Source: Octopus sinensis (lineage: Eukaryota). From it: 64,000 nucleotides of DNA. Of the stretch, positions 26,856 through 40,337 are shown piece by piece (position 1 is the stretch's first letter; each line of letters starts with the position of its first letter). A model generated the notes under the pieces. The model searched no databases, had not been told where the DNA came from, and saw only the letters and a program-made list of their open reading frames with translations. Made by a program: the position numbers and the translations under genes. The stretch covers positions 52,328,001 to 52,392,000 of the forward strand of contig NC_043009.1 of NCBI RefSeq assembly GCF_006345805.1. Reading direction: 5' to 3'.

Positions 26856-28215
26856 TTAGTCATATTTTTCAAAGACTAATGTTTACCAACGCATATAACG
26901 TCATACACGCTTGTGCCAAATATATTTAGTTACCATCAGCACAACAGATTAGAATATTTAATACCAAAATCACAATTACTCTTTAAGGTAACAAAATTAG
27001 TTCTCTTAGTATCTCAAACATCACGTAAAGTAGACAGACTTATCAATTTTAACATAGCAGTGTTCAGTATTATTACCAAGAATATTCTTTTAAGCTTACT
27101 ATATTAAGAACAAAACATTCCATTTTCTATCTCGGTATGGCAATGTAGTTCATCGGTAATCGTCAGTTTAGTACATCTAATTACAAAAAACACAAACATT
27201 TCACGTAGTTTCGCATTGTAGTGTTTCGACCTTCATAATTAAGACTTATCGAAAACTTAAACGTTCCGAAAATAATTACACGGATTATCGAAATATACTG
27301 TGCTCACTTAGCATGCACAATGGAAAACCATTTGTGTTTTTCGATAACTAATCCTTGATAGATGGAAACAGAAAAATAAAATCAATTGTCTAATGTTTCC
27401 ATAGAATCCTGCAATGGATATTTTTAAAAATCGTGGTATTTAATATTTTAAACCACCAGTCGAAAATATTCCCTAAGTTGAGCGGAGGTATGCAAAGAAA
27501 AGACAGTGTCATAGTTATAGGAATATTCGGAAGTTAAAAATTAATTGAAAATAGATTATAAATTCATTTGAAGAAATATATGTCAAAATTACAAATGACC
27601 ACCGACAAGAGAATTTTTTAAAATATTTTCTGAAATAAATTCATAAACGTAGAGAAAAGAATTCTAATAAAATATAACTTTATCTAAAATAAAATTTTGT
27701 GCGGACCTTCAGTATTCTAGATATTCTGTTCCTGTTCTTTGTAAAAATACACTCATATTAATTTTGCATGAGGTTGCGTTTCGGTTATTCCTCATTTTTA
27801 TAGTTATATGACATTCTTAGTAAAATCATACATAACCTGCGCCATCACATCGTTTATGTTCAATATAAACAAATTACATAGGATATAAAAGTGTTCTATA
27901 CTCATTGTATATACCAATCTGTATCTAAATTCATTGCTTGCTTAGAGATGCGGTAAGACAATTGCTGTGGCAATGAGTCTTATTAAGGGAGAAGAATGAT
28001 TAAACAACTGTCTCTAGACAAAACATGACCCTTTCATTAATGGCATGCCAACTTTTTGAAGAAATTCTTTGTTCCTGACGTGACGCATCCACGTTGGGCG
28101 GGGATAGTTTTAATAAATCAGGAATATATACTCTGTGATATGCTATATGCTAGCAATTGACTGTTTCTGAATTCATATGCATCCCACTCCGAGTAATTTC
28201 TCTTAAGGCATATTA

Positions 28216-28265
<50 letters not shown>

Positions 28266-28394
28266 GTGTGTGTGTGTGTGAGTGTGTGTGTGTGTATACT
28301 CACACATGCAGACACATATATAGAGAGATGCAGTTCTATATTGACATACACTCAACCGATAAGAGCGAGCTCGGTACCCGCTAGGATTATATAC

Positions 28395-28430
<36 letters not shown>

Positions 28431-28448
28431 GAGGGGGTAGATAGATTG

Positions 28449-28556
<108 letters not shown>

Positions 28557-29329
28557 TACATACAAACATACATACATACATACATACATACATACATGTA
28601 TATATGTGTACATACATCTATGCATACACGTATACATGCATGCAAACATACGAACCAGCATGCATGCACACATTCGTACGTGCATAAATTTATGTGTGTA
28701 TCTCTAAGTACAGACCTATTATCAGCATACCGTCCTCCTATATTACGTTGTTTGCAGAATATTAAACGACTAAACGTACACATATTCTAATTACATCTAT
28801 CTTAAAATTGTTATTGACATATTAAGAAAACACAGCCTTGCATACGCTGCGTGATAGGATTTATTACATTTACTCACACACTCTTATATACGTATAAATG
28901 TGTATAAATGTTTGTATGGCTGTATGTATATGCACGGATATGAACTGTAAAAAATCGACATTTTATGGAAATAAAGATTTTTTGCTATCAGTTAATATAC
29001 TAACAAAACTAACAGAAGTCATCTTGCGTTCTTTCAGCTAATATTCTGTTTGCAAATATATTCTGATGAACCATTATTTACATAAGGGAGCATATACATC
29101 AAACTATTGTATACAGATGCATTACATTTCTGAAGCTCAGCGCTGTGCATGCACGACAGTGAGTAAATGTGCACTTCGATCTATTGTTGTTTTGTAAACG
29201 GATTTGCAAGTACATATAAATATACTTATAAACACACCCGCCCACAAACATGTATATGTGTGTGTGTGTGTGTACGGGCATGCGTGTGCGTGTGTGTATG
29301 TATTTGAACATAAATTCATATATATACCA

Positions 29330-29550
29330 ACCAGGCTATCAGATGTTGCTACACATCGCTCGTAACAATGCGCTTCGCATTCTTTTAGCCTTCAAATGAC
29401 GCTACGTCGCTAGCTAAGCGAGCAGGTCAACAGAAGAAAGAGTGATAGAAAGTTGTGGCGAAAGAGTACAGCAGGGATCGGCATCACCCCGGTCTGAGAA
29501 TCGAAACCACGATCCTACGACTGCGAGTCCGCTGCTCTAAACACTGGGCC

Positions 29551-29551
<1 letters not shown>
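29330..29551 (-). mobile_element. SINE family C, internally deleted, with alternative tail
   Basis: gagtccgctgctctaaacactgggcca head and gagtacagcagggatc body are shared with the 40338 copy; tail differs. Confidence 0.7.
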
Positions 29552-29579
<28 letters not shown>

Positions 29580-29581
<2 letters not shown>

Positions 29582-30265
29582 AAAGGCTTTTTGCCAACAT
29601 AATGTGGCAGTCATGGATGGGATGACTGTTACTGTTGTTTAGCCCCAGGAGACGTCGATATACAACACAATATCTGCGTCCTTATATTTGAGAACAGAAG
29701 AGCTTACCACCTCCACCCAGCGCAAAGCAATATTTGTGGATCGATTCCTGGGTTCTGGTCCTTTATCAGCACAGAGTAACTGCTCGGCTAGACGGTACTT
29801 CTGAATTCCTGTTCGAAAATATAAAATTTTCAACAGGATACACATACAATGATCTAATATATAGAATCAGTAGTATTTTTAAAATCTCTCAGAGAGAGAT
29901 ATTCACTAACAGTACTTTAAAGTAAAGGCAATTTGATAACATAATGTGGCAGTCCTGAATGAGTCGAATGATACTGTTTTTAGACTCAGGGAACGTGCTT
30001 TCCAGATAGCTATACGACACAATACCTGTTTCTTTGTATTTTCGAAGTGGGAAGCTCAGTACTACCATCCATCACAAAGCAACACCTGTGGACCGGTTTC
30101 TGAGTTACTGCACTTTATCAACACAAAGTAACTGCTCGGCTAGACGGCGCTGCTGAATTCCTGTTCGAAAAAATATAATTTTCAAAGGGACATACAGTTC
30201 TAATAAATAGAAACGATATTATTTCTCAATCACTCAAAGAGAGATATATAAACATGGAATTTATA
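29580..30265 (-). mobile_element. Diverged tandem dimer (~350-bp units), each with a minimal type I hammerhead motif (retrozyme-like)
   Basis: Shared blocks aacataatgtggcagtc and gtaactgctcggctagacgg...ctgaattcctgttcgaaaa. Minus-strand motifs tgtg-CTGATAA-...-GGAA-tcga-TC-caca (29735-29773) and tgtg-TTGATAA-...-GAAA-ccgg-TC-caca (30087-30125). Confidence 0.65.
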
Positions 30266-30630
30266 AACATTTAATGCATCGCTAAACGCGTTTTCACAAA
30301 TCTCATGTCTCTTACGATCACAGTCTGTATTCTTGGGATAATTACAATGTAGTTCGAAGTAACCGTCGGTATCGGGTAGTCCATCTACATGGATTCATTT
30401 CTTCAGGTGGCCTAACATTAATGGATGCACAACAGAGAGATGTTTATCCCATTATACCTTTATAAAGTTTGAGCGATTATTGTTATTATTCTATATATTA
30501 TTCTATATATCGATACAGCTCGATGCAATCCCGCGAAACTGGTTCACTAGTCAGCATCAGTAGATTATGGTTGACATGAAAGAATTGGATCCTTACTTGC
30601 ATATTCAAAACGATTCCAATAAACAAATTT

Positions 30631-30688
<58 letters not shown>

Positions 30689-30756
30689 ATATATATACAT
30701 ACATATATATGTATATGTATACATATAAATATATATATACATATATATATATAAAC

Positions 30757-30818
<62 letters not shown>

Positions 30819-31689
30819 TAGATAGATAGATATAGATATATATATAGATATAGATACAGATATAGATATATACATATGTATGTAGACATTTACATATATA
30901 TATATATATATATATACATATATACGCACACACATATATATTATATCTGTGTATCTGATTGTGAGGTGACAGTGTTTAAGTTGTTTGGTGAGATCCATCG
31001 CTTCTATTCCCTTACAGGCAGACCATTGTGTTCTTAAGGAAAACAATTAACTTCACGTTGTTGTGCGATCAATTCGACCTCACACATACGCCACACGTCG
31101 ATTTGATGGAGAGGGTGAGCTGATGTACGGCTGAAAAATTTACATCTGCATGAACAATTCTTTCACTTATAACTCATCTTCCTTGCGCCTATACATACAT
31201 TCATACATACACACGTACATTCGTAAACAAAATGCTTCATTTCAATAAACTATCTGTCCTCCGAACAAGGGCTTGACATACCATTATCGAAATAATAAGC
31301 CTTCCAATTCATTCTCTTCAGGACATTTTCTCTTTTTAGGTATTATTAGCAAGCCTATGTGAGTCAACATCATAGGAAATATGAGATCCTCGTCAAAACC
31401 TTCTGCATGGATACACAGCAATGCAATCATTCAATGGCGCAAGAAAATTGAATGTGTAAATGCAAATTCATTCAGTTCGACATTGTGGAGCTTTACCTCT
31501 CGATCTAGAAAATCATCTTTAAAAGGCCCTTGAGTTTGGTAAAACGCATGTAACCGTCTGAAATACTGAGGTAGCCATAATTTTGAGTTCACATAAGTCA
31601 TTACTTTTCAAGATGATTCCTATTGGGTGAAAAAGAATGGGGATGAACTATTTCATGTCGTTATCTAGAGTTATGATGCTGCATAAGTT

Positions 31690-31950
31690 AGATGTCCTTT
31701 GGACGAGATTACACATGGATTTCACTGGTCCTTTAAACGGTTCATACTACTTAGTACTAGTAGATAGCTTCTCTAAATCGCCAGACATTTGTAACTGTAC
31801 AAAGCCAACCCCCATAAATTACGACAAACTTTCCATACATGCTGTTTGTGAGATTTGTTGTTCCAGACAAGATAGTGTCTGACAATGGAAAGCAATTTGT
31901 GTCTTTTGAGTTTAAAAAGTTTTGTAAAACTTTCGCCGGGAAACATGTGT
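31690..31950 (+). mobile_element. Gypsy/Ty3 LTR-retrotransposon integrase (rve) fragment
   Basis: WTRLHMDFTGPLNGSYYLVLVDSFSK, then after a frameshift PDKIVSDNGKQFVSFEFKKFCK. Confidence 0.85.
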
Positions 31951-31954
31951 CTAC

Positions 31955-32220
31955 GGTGCCAAAATGTCAGAAACTCAAAAGATAGTGCTTATGGGAACTG
32001 TCTGTAACCTACGTAAAATAATGTCAATGTAATCTCAAATTTTAAAACAAATTCATAATTTTCTCATGTTTTTCTTAAACATTCTCTAGAACAACACAAT
32101 GTACAAAACCAAATATATGACACCCTAAGCATAACACCATCATGAAATTCTAACTTGTCTCTTGAGGTCTCTGGGTGAGACTTGGAGTCAACTTGAACAA
32201 TTACAAAGCAAAAGTCAAAC

Positions 32221-32296
<76 letters not shown>
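31955..32296 (+). mobile_element. R4/Dong-type LINE 3' end with (TAA)n tail
   Basis: ETQKIVLMGTVCNLRKIMSM* resembles the C-terminal QKxVLxGTxxILR motif of RLE-type elements; the 3' UTR runs into (TAA)n. Confidence 0.65.
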
Positions 32297-32297
<1 letters not shown>

Positions 32298-32369
32298 GAA
32301 CACCCCTCGCACATGATGAAGGGTATGTGTTAGTCGTTACAAATGTTGTGACGTAAAAGTAGTCAGGAA

Positions 32370-32700
32370 GTCTGTCATAGATAGTCATGTCTTACTTGTG
32401 TAACTAACTATATTGCTATACTTGACATTGGATTACAACAGGCAACATTACGGATTTGAACGCCAGAACAAAAACTGACGTTGGAATGACGGGGAACACA
32501 TTCAAAGACAGTTATACGCAACATTGAGCTTTCTTCGCAGATAAACACAAAAAACATACATGCCTATATGGCACGGATTTTAAAGAGAAAGATGTGAGAA
32601 ACTCCCGTGTAAACTGGAGTATTATAACTATAGCCAGTAAATACAGGGTACAGGATAGCAAATGCGAGCTCCGCATTATCGAAAATCTAATTATCCCATC
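32370..32700 (+). mobile_element. Penelope-like element, GIY-YIG endonuclease remnant
   Basis: KTDVGMTGNTFKDSYTQH...VNWSIITIASKY...KCELRIIE resembles YIGxTxxxFKxRYxxH...WSII...CxLCxxEK. Confidence 0.6.
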
Positions 32701-33479
32701 AGCAGTGAAGTAGTTAACGTTTTAATCTTTCTCCCCTTGCATGCAAATGCAGCAATTCATACTTCAAACATTCAAGTATACACCCCCATTCAATTTGTTA
32801 ACCCTCCAGCCAGGAACAGCAATTTTCTCTGTGATTCAAATATATGCATTATTTGAGCGATGTGCATACAAGACATATTCCTCCTTTAAAATATGTTGGA
32901 TTCCCTCTTTACACAGATATATGTGCATGACAACAAATAATTCACAGAATACATGTATTCACAATCCCATGGACTAAGTTTGGTGCCCAAATATAACACA
33001 ATCATGTGTGCACATACTCAAACACGAACTAAACCACATATGTGTCTGTGAATATGTTTACTTCTATATATGTATATGTGTTTAGTTTGTGGAGAAGATG
33101 TGTGTGCATATTTTAATAGATGTACATATGTTATTCATATCTATAAATTTAAACGTGCACGAACGTTCTTGCATGAATTGAATAAGGAACCAATCGTAAA
33201 ATGTATGCACGTATATACGTATGTATACATATATATATCTCAACACGATTGTCACAGACATTTATTTAACATAAGATACAACTAATGAAAATCAGAAAAT
33301 CTTTATTTTCAAAAGTTGTAGTACTATTTTAACTAAAATAATTTATCGATCGTCTAAAGAAATGTTATCTACTTATCTGCAAACATATATATCCACACAT
33401 ACTGCGATATAAATAGATAATATTATCGTTATATTGTACGCAACCTAGGTGTGTGTCATTATAAAATACACACACACAA

Positions 33480-33581
<102 letters not shown>

Positions 33582-33844
33582 GCGAGAGAGAGAGAGTAGA
33601 GTTCGACAGGGCAGTCACTAAGTAGAAGTGTATATTTTTTCAAAAGTTACAATATATATATATATATATATCTATATTCATACACATATGTGCGCACAGA
33701 CACCCGCGCACATACGCACATATATATATATATACTATTTCAACGAAGGTATGTACATGTGCCTATGTATATACACAAAACTATGTGCATTTATTCATAG
33801 TTATGATTACACTTATGTTCATATATACATGATGGATGTCATCT

Positions 33845-34102
33845 TTAACTTGTTATCTCCCCTACTTTCCTCCCCGCGTTTGGCCTTTCTGTCCGGCACT
33901 GGTCGCCCTGATACATCGTTAGCCACAACATACATTTTTTCTCTCCTTGCTTCTCCCTTTGTTTGTTCTGTGTACCTTTTGTGTAGAAGAGCGTAGGCTC
34001 GAAACGTAAAAGACTTTTTCTATTCCTGTGCGTTATACTAATACGTCTGTTTGTTTTGTATACCACCTGTCTTCGTCTTTTGTTGTTTTCGTAAACTTTC
34101 CC
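33845..34102 (+). mobile_element. Penelope-type terminal fragment with variant hammerhead motif
   Basis: cttt(t)-GTGTAGAA-gagc(gtag)gctc-GAAA-cg-TA-aaag at 33976-34012; ends in (TA)n; second copy at 52860-53045. Confidence 0.6.
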
Positions 34103-34139
34103 TATATATATATATATATATATATATTAATATATACAT

Positions 34140-34187
<48 letters not shown>

Positions 34188-34613
34188 TATATACATGTAA
34201 AAATGCAAAAATACTTATACGTATATTTGTATTTGTGTATGTATACATGTGTGCATTTGTCTATGAAAATATGTATGTATATCGGTTGATATGTATATGA
34301 AAATACACACGTATTCCAAAATTATTTATATATATATATCTATTTATTTCATCTGTATAGACGAACATTCCGACAGAGCCTCTTATATTCTGAATTTCTA
34401 TCCAAGACATTTTCACACTGTATTTCCATCATTTTTCTAAAGAACCAAGACAGCGTGTTGCTATTATATTTGTTAATATAACTGGAAATGCGGGGATATC
34501 GAAGATTATTCTTTAACAAAAGGTCAAAACTTCATTTGCGAGAGTGCACCGCCTACCTATGTCTACTTTGTTGAAGTTGCGCTTCTATACAGATGTACAT
34601 ATACATACATACA

Positions 34614-34647
<34 letters not shown>

Positions 34648-34711
34648 CATACATACATACATACATACATACGTATATGTACATATATATATATATACAT
34701 ATAAATATGTG

Positions 34712-34744
<33 letters not shown>

Positions 34745-34753
34745 TATATATAT

Positions 34754-34790
<37 letters not shown>

Positions 34791-34870
34791 GCATGTATGT
34801 ATTTATGTATGTATGTATGTATGTATATATATATATATTATGTATTCAGAAATAGATTTGAATTATATAT

Positions 34871-34905
<35 letters not shown>

Positions 34906-34983
34906 GCATGTATGTATGTATGTATGTATTTATGTATGTATGTATGTATTTATGTATATGTATATATATATATATGCATGTAC

Positions 34984-35024
<41 letters not shown>

Positions 35025-35302
35025 CATATATATACATACATATTTATATATTCATGTGAAATATTCACATTCAGAGAGATATACGCACGCACAAGCACAC
35101 GCAAGAATTAATTACTTCCAATCAGTGAGAAATAGATCGTTAAAACCATTTTAATCAGTAATCAGTTATGTTCTTCGTTGAAGAGCTGTCTGAGAGACTG
35201 ACCAATTAAAATGGTCTGTTGTTGCTACCGGCGGTAAGTCAGCAGTGAGTGGTTGAAGAGAACCGGGCAGACAGTGTTAGACATGATTATCAATATACTG
35301 GT

Positions 35303-35303
35303 C

Positions 35304-35341
<38 letters not shown>

Positions 35342-35597
35342 AATGATGATGATGATGATGATGATGATAATGATGATGATGAGGAGGATGAGGATGAGGA
35401 TGATGATGATGATGATTTTGATGGTGGTGGTGGTGGTGGTGGTGGTGATGATGATGATGATGATGATGATAATGATAGTGATGATGGTGATAATGATAGT
35501 TGAATTTGTGGTGGGTGCGATCTGCACTGGTGCTAGTGATGCTGGAGTGGGTGATGCTGGTGGTCATTAACGGTGATATTATTTCAACTAATAATAA

Positions 35598-35653
<56 letters not shown>

Positions 35654-35740
35654 GTAATAATAATAACAACAACAAGAATAATAATAATAATAATGATGAT
35701 GATGATGATGATGATGATAATGATAATAATAATCATAATC
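35303..35740. repeat. (GAT)/(GGT)/(AAT) compound microsatellites
   Basis: Direct inspection. Confidence 0.95.
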
Positions 35741-35744
35741 AATT

Positions 35745-35900
35745 ATAGGCACAGGGCCTCACTTTTTTCGGGAACGGAGTGAGCTAGTCGATTATATCGA
35801 CCCCAGTGATTAATTAGTAATTAAATTATCGACTTTTGATGTAAGAAATCCAAAGTTGACATCGACGACAAAGTTTGAGCTCAGAGCGTAATGGTAGCCG
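35745..35900 (-). mobile_element. Degenerate SINE family A (alternative tail)
   Basis: gtcgattatatcgaccccagtg...tttgagctcagagcgtaa; tail aggcacagggcct. Confidence 0.6.
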
Positions 35901-35940
35901 ATTAATAATAATAATAATGATGATAATGATGATGATGATG

Positions 35941-35980
<40 letters not shown>

Positions 35981-36048
35981 GAAGAAGAAGAGAAGAAGAA
36001 GAAGAAGAAGAAGAAGAAGAAGAAGAAGAAGAAGAAGAATGATAATAA

Positions 36049-36260
36049 TCTTTTCTACTGGAAGCACAAGGCCTCAAATTTGGAGGAATCGATTAAGTCG
36101 ATTACATCGACCCCAGTGTGTAACAGGTACTAATTTCATCGAACCCGAAATGATGAAAGGCAAAGTCAACCTCAGCGGAATTTGAACTCAGAACGTAACG
36201 CAGACGAAATACCGCTAAGTATTTTGCCCCGCGTACTAACGATTCTGCCAGCTCACCGCC
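36049..36260 (-). mobile_element. SINE family A, full length, alternative tail, in TAA-repeat context
   Basis: Head and body match 14192-14360; tail (plus strand tcttttctactggaagcacaaggcctcaaatttgg) is unrelated to the Tx1-like tail; target motif unoccupied at 36203-36212. Confidence 0.85.
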
Positions 36261-36299
36261 TTAGTAATAATAATAATAATATCAGGTGTTTGAACATAA

Positions 36300-36565
36300 C
36301 AGACGCACAATTTCCAATGGAGCAGTTTCGTTACCTAATCATTTCACCATAACTTGTAGTGGTTTTGGACAAGTCTAAAGTTTTCGTTCGTTATATGTGC
36401 AATGGTTTCATCCACTCTATTGCAGATCTGGTACAGCCGAGACACTTGCCCATTCTTAAGGTCGATCCTCAAGTACGTGACCAAAGCTTGGTCATGAGCT
36501 GTCAGTATAGTGCTCCTGATTTCTTTTGTTAATGTTTCTTTCACCAGGCAATACAACCTGTGATA
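36300..36565 (-). mobile_element. R4/Dong-type LINE fragment (zinc-finger region)
   Basis: TILTAHDQALVT...ICNRVDETIAHIT...LVQNHYK matches AAQDQALxT...CRxC...ETIxHI...LAQxxYK; flanked by (TAA)n. Confidence 0.65.
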
Positions 36566-36571
36566 AAGAGA

Positions 36572-36654
<83 letters not shown>

Positions 36655-36695
36655 TAATAATAATAATGAAAATAATAATAATAATAATAATAATA

Positions 36696-36732
<37 letters not shown>

Positions 36733-37337
36733 TATAACAACAACAACAACAACGACGACGACGATGACAGGACGAAGAAGAAGAAGAAGAAGAATATATG
36801 CTGGGCATGATTGCTTGATGGTCTCGAAGACTGAGGCCATCCCAGTGTTATACTCTGTGGTTGTCTGCCGTAGCGAGTATTTCGCTCCCTCATACAAATA
36901 TTAAAGAAGGTGACAATACCAGGGCTCTCAGAAAATCGGAGTTCTATGGATATTAGCAACCCATTTTGTTATGGGGGGGGGGGGCGAAAAGTCGAAAGGT
37001 TACAAATGTGAACAGAAGGTGATGAGAGATCCTGTTTTAACTACTCGTTTAATACCAGTCTGAAGCCTGGGTAATTTGAAAGGTTCTCCGACCTCATTTC
37101 CATGCCGAACGGCAAGGAACAAAGACTAATTTTTTAGACGAGATGGTAAGTCTAAGGAACAACAAGGCATTTAAGAGCCTTCTGTCTCAGTAACTCTAAC
37201 AGAAAATAGGAAAGCTTAAACGACAAATACTGTGCGTGCCACAACAGCAGTAGAAGCAGCAGGTTTGGCAACAAGCTACATTAACAGCATCGGGACCAAG
37301 GCTAACTATAGTAACAACAGCAGCGGTGGAGGATCAA

Positions 37338-37520
37338 TGACCCAGTGGTTAGAGCAGGGACTCGAGGTCGTAAAAACGCGGTTTAGATTCCCAGACCAGG
37401 CGTTGTGAGTGTTTATTGAGCAAAAACACATAAGCTCCACGAGGCTCCGGCGGGAGTGGGGTTGAAACCCGCTGTACTCTTTCACCGCAACTTTATCTCG
37501 CTCTTTCTTCCTACTTCTGC
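37338..37520 (+). mobile_element. SINE family C, 5' part
   Basis: Homologous to 25031-25182. Confidence 0.8.
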
Positions 37521-38859
37521 CACAAAGCAGAGGAACCATGGTGTAACCCACTATGAGGTGGTAAACTTTCAGACCCTTGTCTAGATTGCAAATCTTCTGT
37601 ACCCCAGGATAGTTCAGCTCTCCACCCATTAAAAGCCACCGTTTAAGGAATGAGGATAACAACGTAGCTTTTGCACCCGTGCAACTGCCAGTCTATTGCA
37701 TGTGGTGGGTGGATCTTCAAGTTCCCACACGCATTCTTAGTAGCTTAGAGTAGGCTCGAATTAGAGATTATACTTTGTGGCTAATGGCGTGAGTCCTGAT
37801 TGGAAGAAGACCACAGCAACGACGAGGAAAAGTCCTAGAACTGCACCAGAATCCGTCGAAAGAGCAACAGCTGTAGTACCAACGATATCAGTAACAAATT
37901 TGTCAGCACTAACAACTGTGTTAGCGAAAACATAATGACTGTAACAAAATAATCGCAACCCGAAGCATGTCCCCAGTCAATGTTCTTTCTTTGCGTTCCC
38001 TATTCTTACCCCTTCAATATACACAAGCACACGCAAGCAAACAGGCTTTTGCTCCTGTCCGGATCGTTGCTGTTTACTTTATCAACTAGTAAATACATAA
38101 ATATTTTTAGTTATTGCATGTTTTTTTTTATATACATTTATTTAATCAGTGTAATTAGTGGTATGTTGTCCGTAAATTCCCTTCGCTCCAAATATATAAC
38201 ATGTTGCGTGCAGCTGGATGTTTTCAAAAAACAACCTATCCTTTTTCTTGACGCAACTTAACAGACGTTCGGATATTTTCAGACGCCATCCGAGTTATAA
38301 ACAACATTCATTTCTTTTAACACAATTTGGAGAGATCTGACGGGAAAATTAGAAAGATCGCTACAGCGATCTGAAAACATGACTCCAAAGATTTAGAAAT
38401 AAGCTATGAATACCCTGCACATTGGGATGACACTGCTTGATACAAATAGGAACCTGACAACAGTTACTTGGAGAAGTTACGGGGAATAGATTAATGTAAT
38501 AGGGGATTCTGTAGAAATATAAAGAACCTTTGGCTCTGTATATAAAGAAATTATAAAATTACAGACAGGATGGCAATTGCAATAAATAGAGACTTTTAGA
38601 TGAGGTCACAGCAAATAAAAAGCGCAGAGGACCCAAAGAATAAATTTAGAACGGAATTCCTAAATATTCAAAAGTAAAATGAATTGCGAACCAGTAAGTT
38701 TCATATGTTAGGAAATAAGGAATTGAAAGGCGACAATTGTTCAATGCCTGAGGCTAACAACAGAAAACAAAATTTAACTATAAGAGATCAACGACTGCTA
38801 CAAAAATACTATAAATGCAATATAATTAATCACGTTCTGCGTGTGCTATTACAATGAGA

Positions 38860-39480
38860 AATAACCGACCGTATCTTCTGTGTGTCACCAAGTCACTACA
38901 ATGTTAGATTATATATATACGCAGCATCGATTCATCTGCTATATTGTGACATTTCCCGAGAGAAAACTAATATACAGTTCATTAAACTTTCACCTATCTG
39001 GTTACGTAATCCAAGAAATCCCTGTTGAGAGAGAGGACAGACAAAAGCTTCCGATATAATATCCAACTTTTTTCTTGAAACTGTCGATAAACTAGTAAAC
39101 AAAATTTAATAAGCCTATACGGGATACAAAAGTAAAGGCATTTTATATAATAAAGAATATTACGTATGATTAAAAATATCAAGAAAAATACGGTTGATTA
39201 CGACAGTATAGAGTAAAAACAAAGTCATCTTAGGTACAACCATGTCTTACTCGAGACAATGTTAAGCAAACATCACAACTCAAACAGAAAAATTGTTTTC
39301 ACAGCCGCCACAAAATATTTATAACACACGTGATACGATATATGCTCTGCAGAGTAAACACCAAACAGTTTTAAACAATACCTGCAACACGTGCAAAGGA
39401 AAATGCATCTTCAACAGAATATCATACCTTTCATAGCAAAATGTATGATACACAACACAAAATGACGAAACACTAAAGGA
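38860..39480 (+). mobile_element. Highly degenerate Penelope-like element remnant (region between RT and GIY-YIG)
   Basis: Weak remnants resembling WxNPxYSxNVKxNI and CNC...C...NVxY; many stops. Confidence 0.35.
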
Positions 39481-39550
39481 ACGCCAGGATGGAATAAATA
39501 AAATCTATTATTAAATAATAGGCGCACTTGGTGTGAATACTGCCCGCATA

Positions 39551-39948
39551 TCTTTATATATAAAAGAGAGGTTGTGTGTCTGTCTCCTACGATTTAGATT
39601 CCTAACTACTCCCACATTTTGCGGTGCAGTTTAACCAAATTCGGGTATCTTATAGTCGTGATTCATATCGAGCCCTTCTGGGTATTAGCGCGCGTCTACG
39701 ATGAGTCTACGATTTTAAAAAAAATTACCATCATTTCTTTCCATTTTAATGCATTTTTTTCGCTATTATATAAGGGAAGTAACTCTCTAAAAATGTCTAC
39801 GATGAGTCAACGATTTTTAAAAAAAATTACCATCATTTTTTTCCCGTTTTTTATGCATTCTTTTGCTATTTTTTGGCTATAACTCTCTAAAAATGCTTAT
39901 ATAGTTATTTCCCTTACAAACTCGAGCAACGCCGGGCGATGCTGCTAG
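39551..39948 (+). mobile_element. Non-autonomous Helitron
   Basis: 5' a|TCtttatatataaaa; subterminal hairpin ctcgagcaacgccggg; 3' CTAG|t; inserted between A and T with no TSD; internal ~100-bp tandem duplication (gtctacgatgagtc x2). Confidence 0.8.
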
Positions 39949-40009
39949 TATAGGAAAGGGCAAAATGCGACGGTGCAGAGGATTATTACATAAACATGCT
40001 AAAAAGATA

Positions 40010-40230
40010 ATGATTTCTAGCTTAGGTTCAAGGCTAGTAATTTTGAGAGCAAGGCGTTAGTTGATGTCACGGAGCCAAATACTTGAGTGTCGCACTTTAT
40101 ATTATCGTCTCAAAGATAGGTGTTTCAAGGTTGACCATTGAGGCAATTGATCTCAGAACGTAGAGTAAGAACAACATTACCGCAAGTCAATTTTCTGATA
40201 TTCTCGCGATTCAAAAAAATGCATCGCACT
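40010..40230 (-). mobile_element. Very degenerate SINE family A
   Basis: caaggttgacc...aattgatctcagaacgtag resembles aaagtcgacc...atttgaactcagaacgtaa. Confidence 0.4.
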
Positions 40231-40337
40231 CGTGTGTTGAAAATATGATAATAAACAACAAATTATTTAAGCATAGACATCATCACCATCATCATCATCA
40301 TCGTCGTCGTCGTCGTTGTCGTCGTCATCATCATCAC

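Noticed and set aside
28366-28380. cgagctcggtacccg, matching a pUC polylinker stretch (SacI-KpnI)
   Set aside because: Only 15 nt with no flanking vector sequence; compatible with chance
30515-30556. GAAA-ctggttcactag-TC-agc, half of a hammerhead near a TA tract
   Set aside because: The CUGANGA core is not recognisable; possibly a decayed motif but unsupported
31270-31605. Two short minus-strand open frames
   Set aside because: Separated by a stop, with no recognisable family or splice signals
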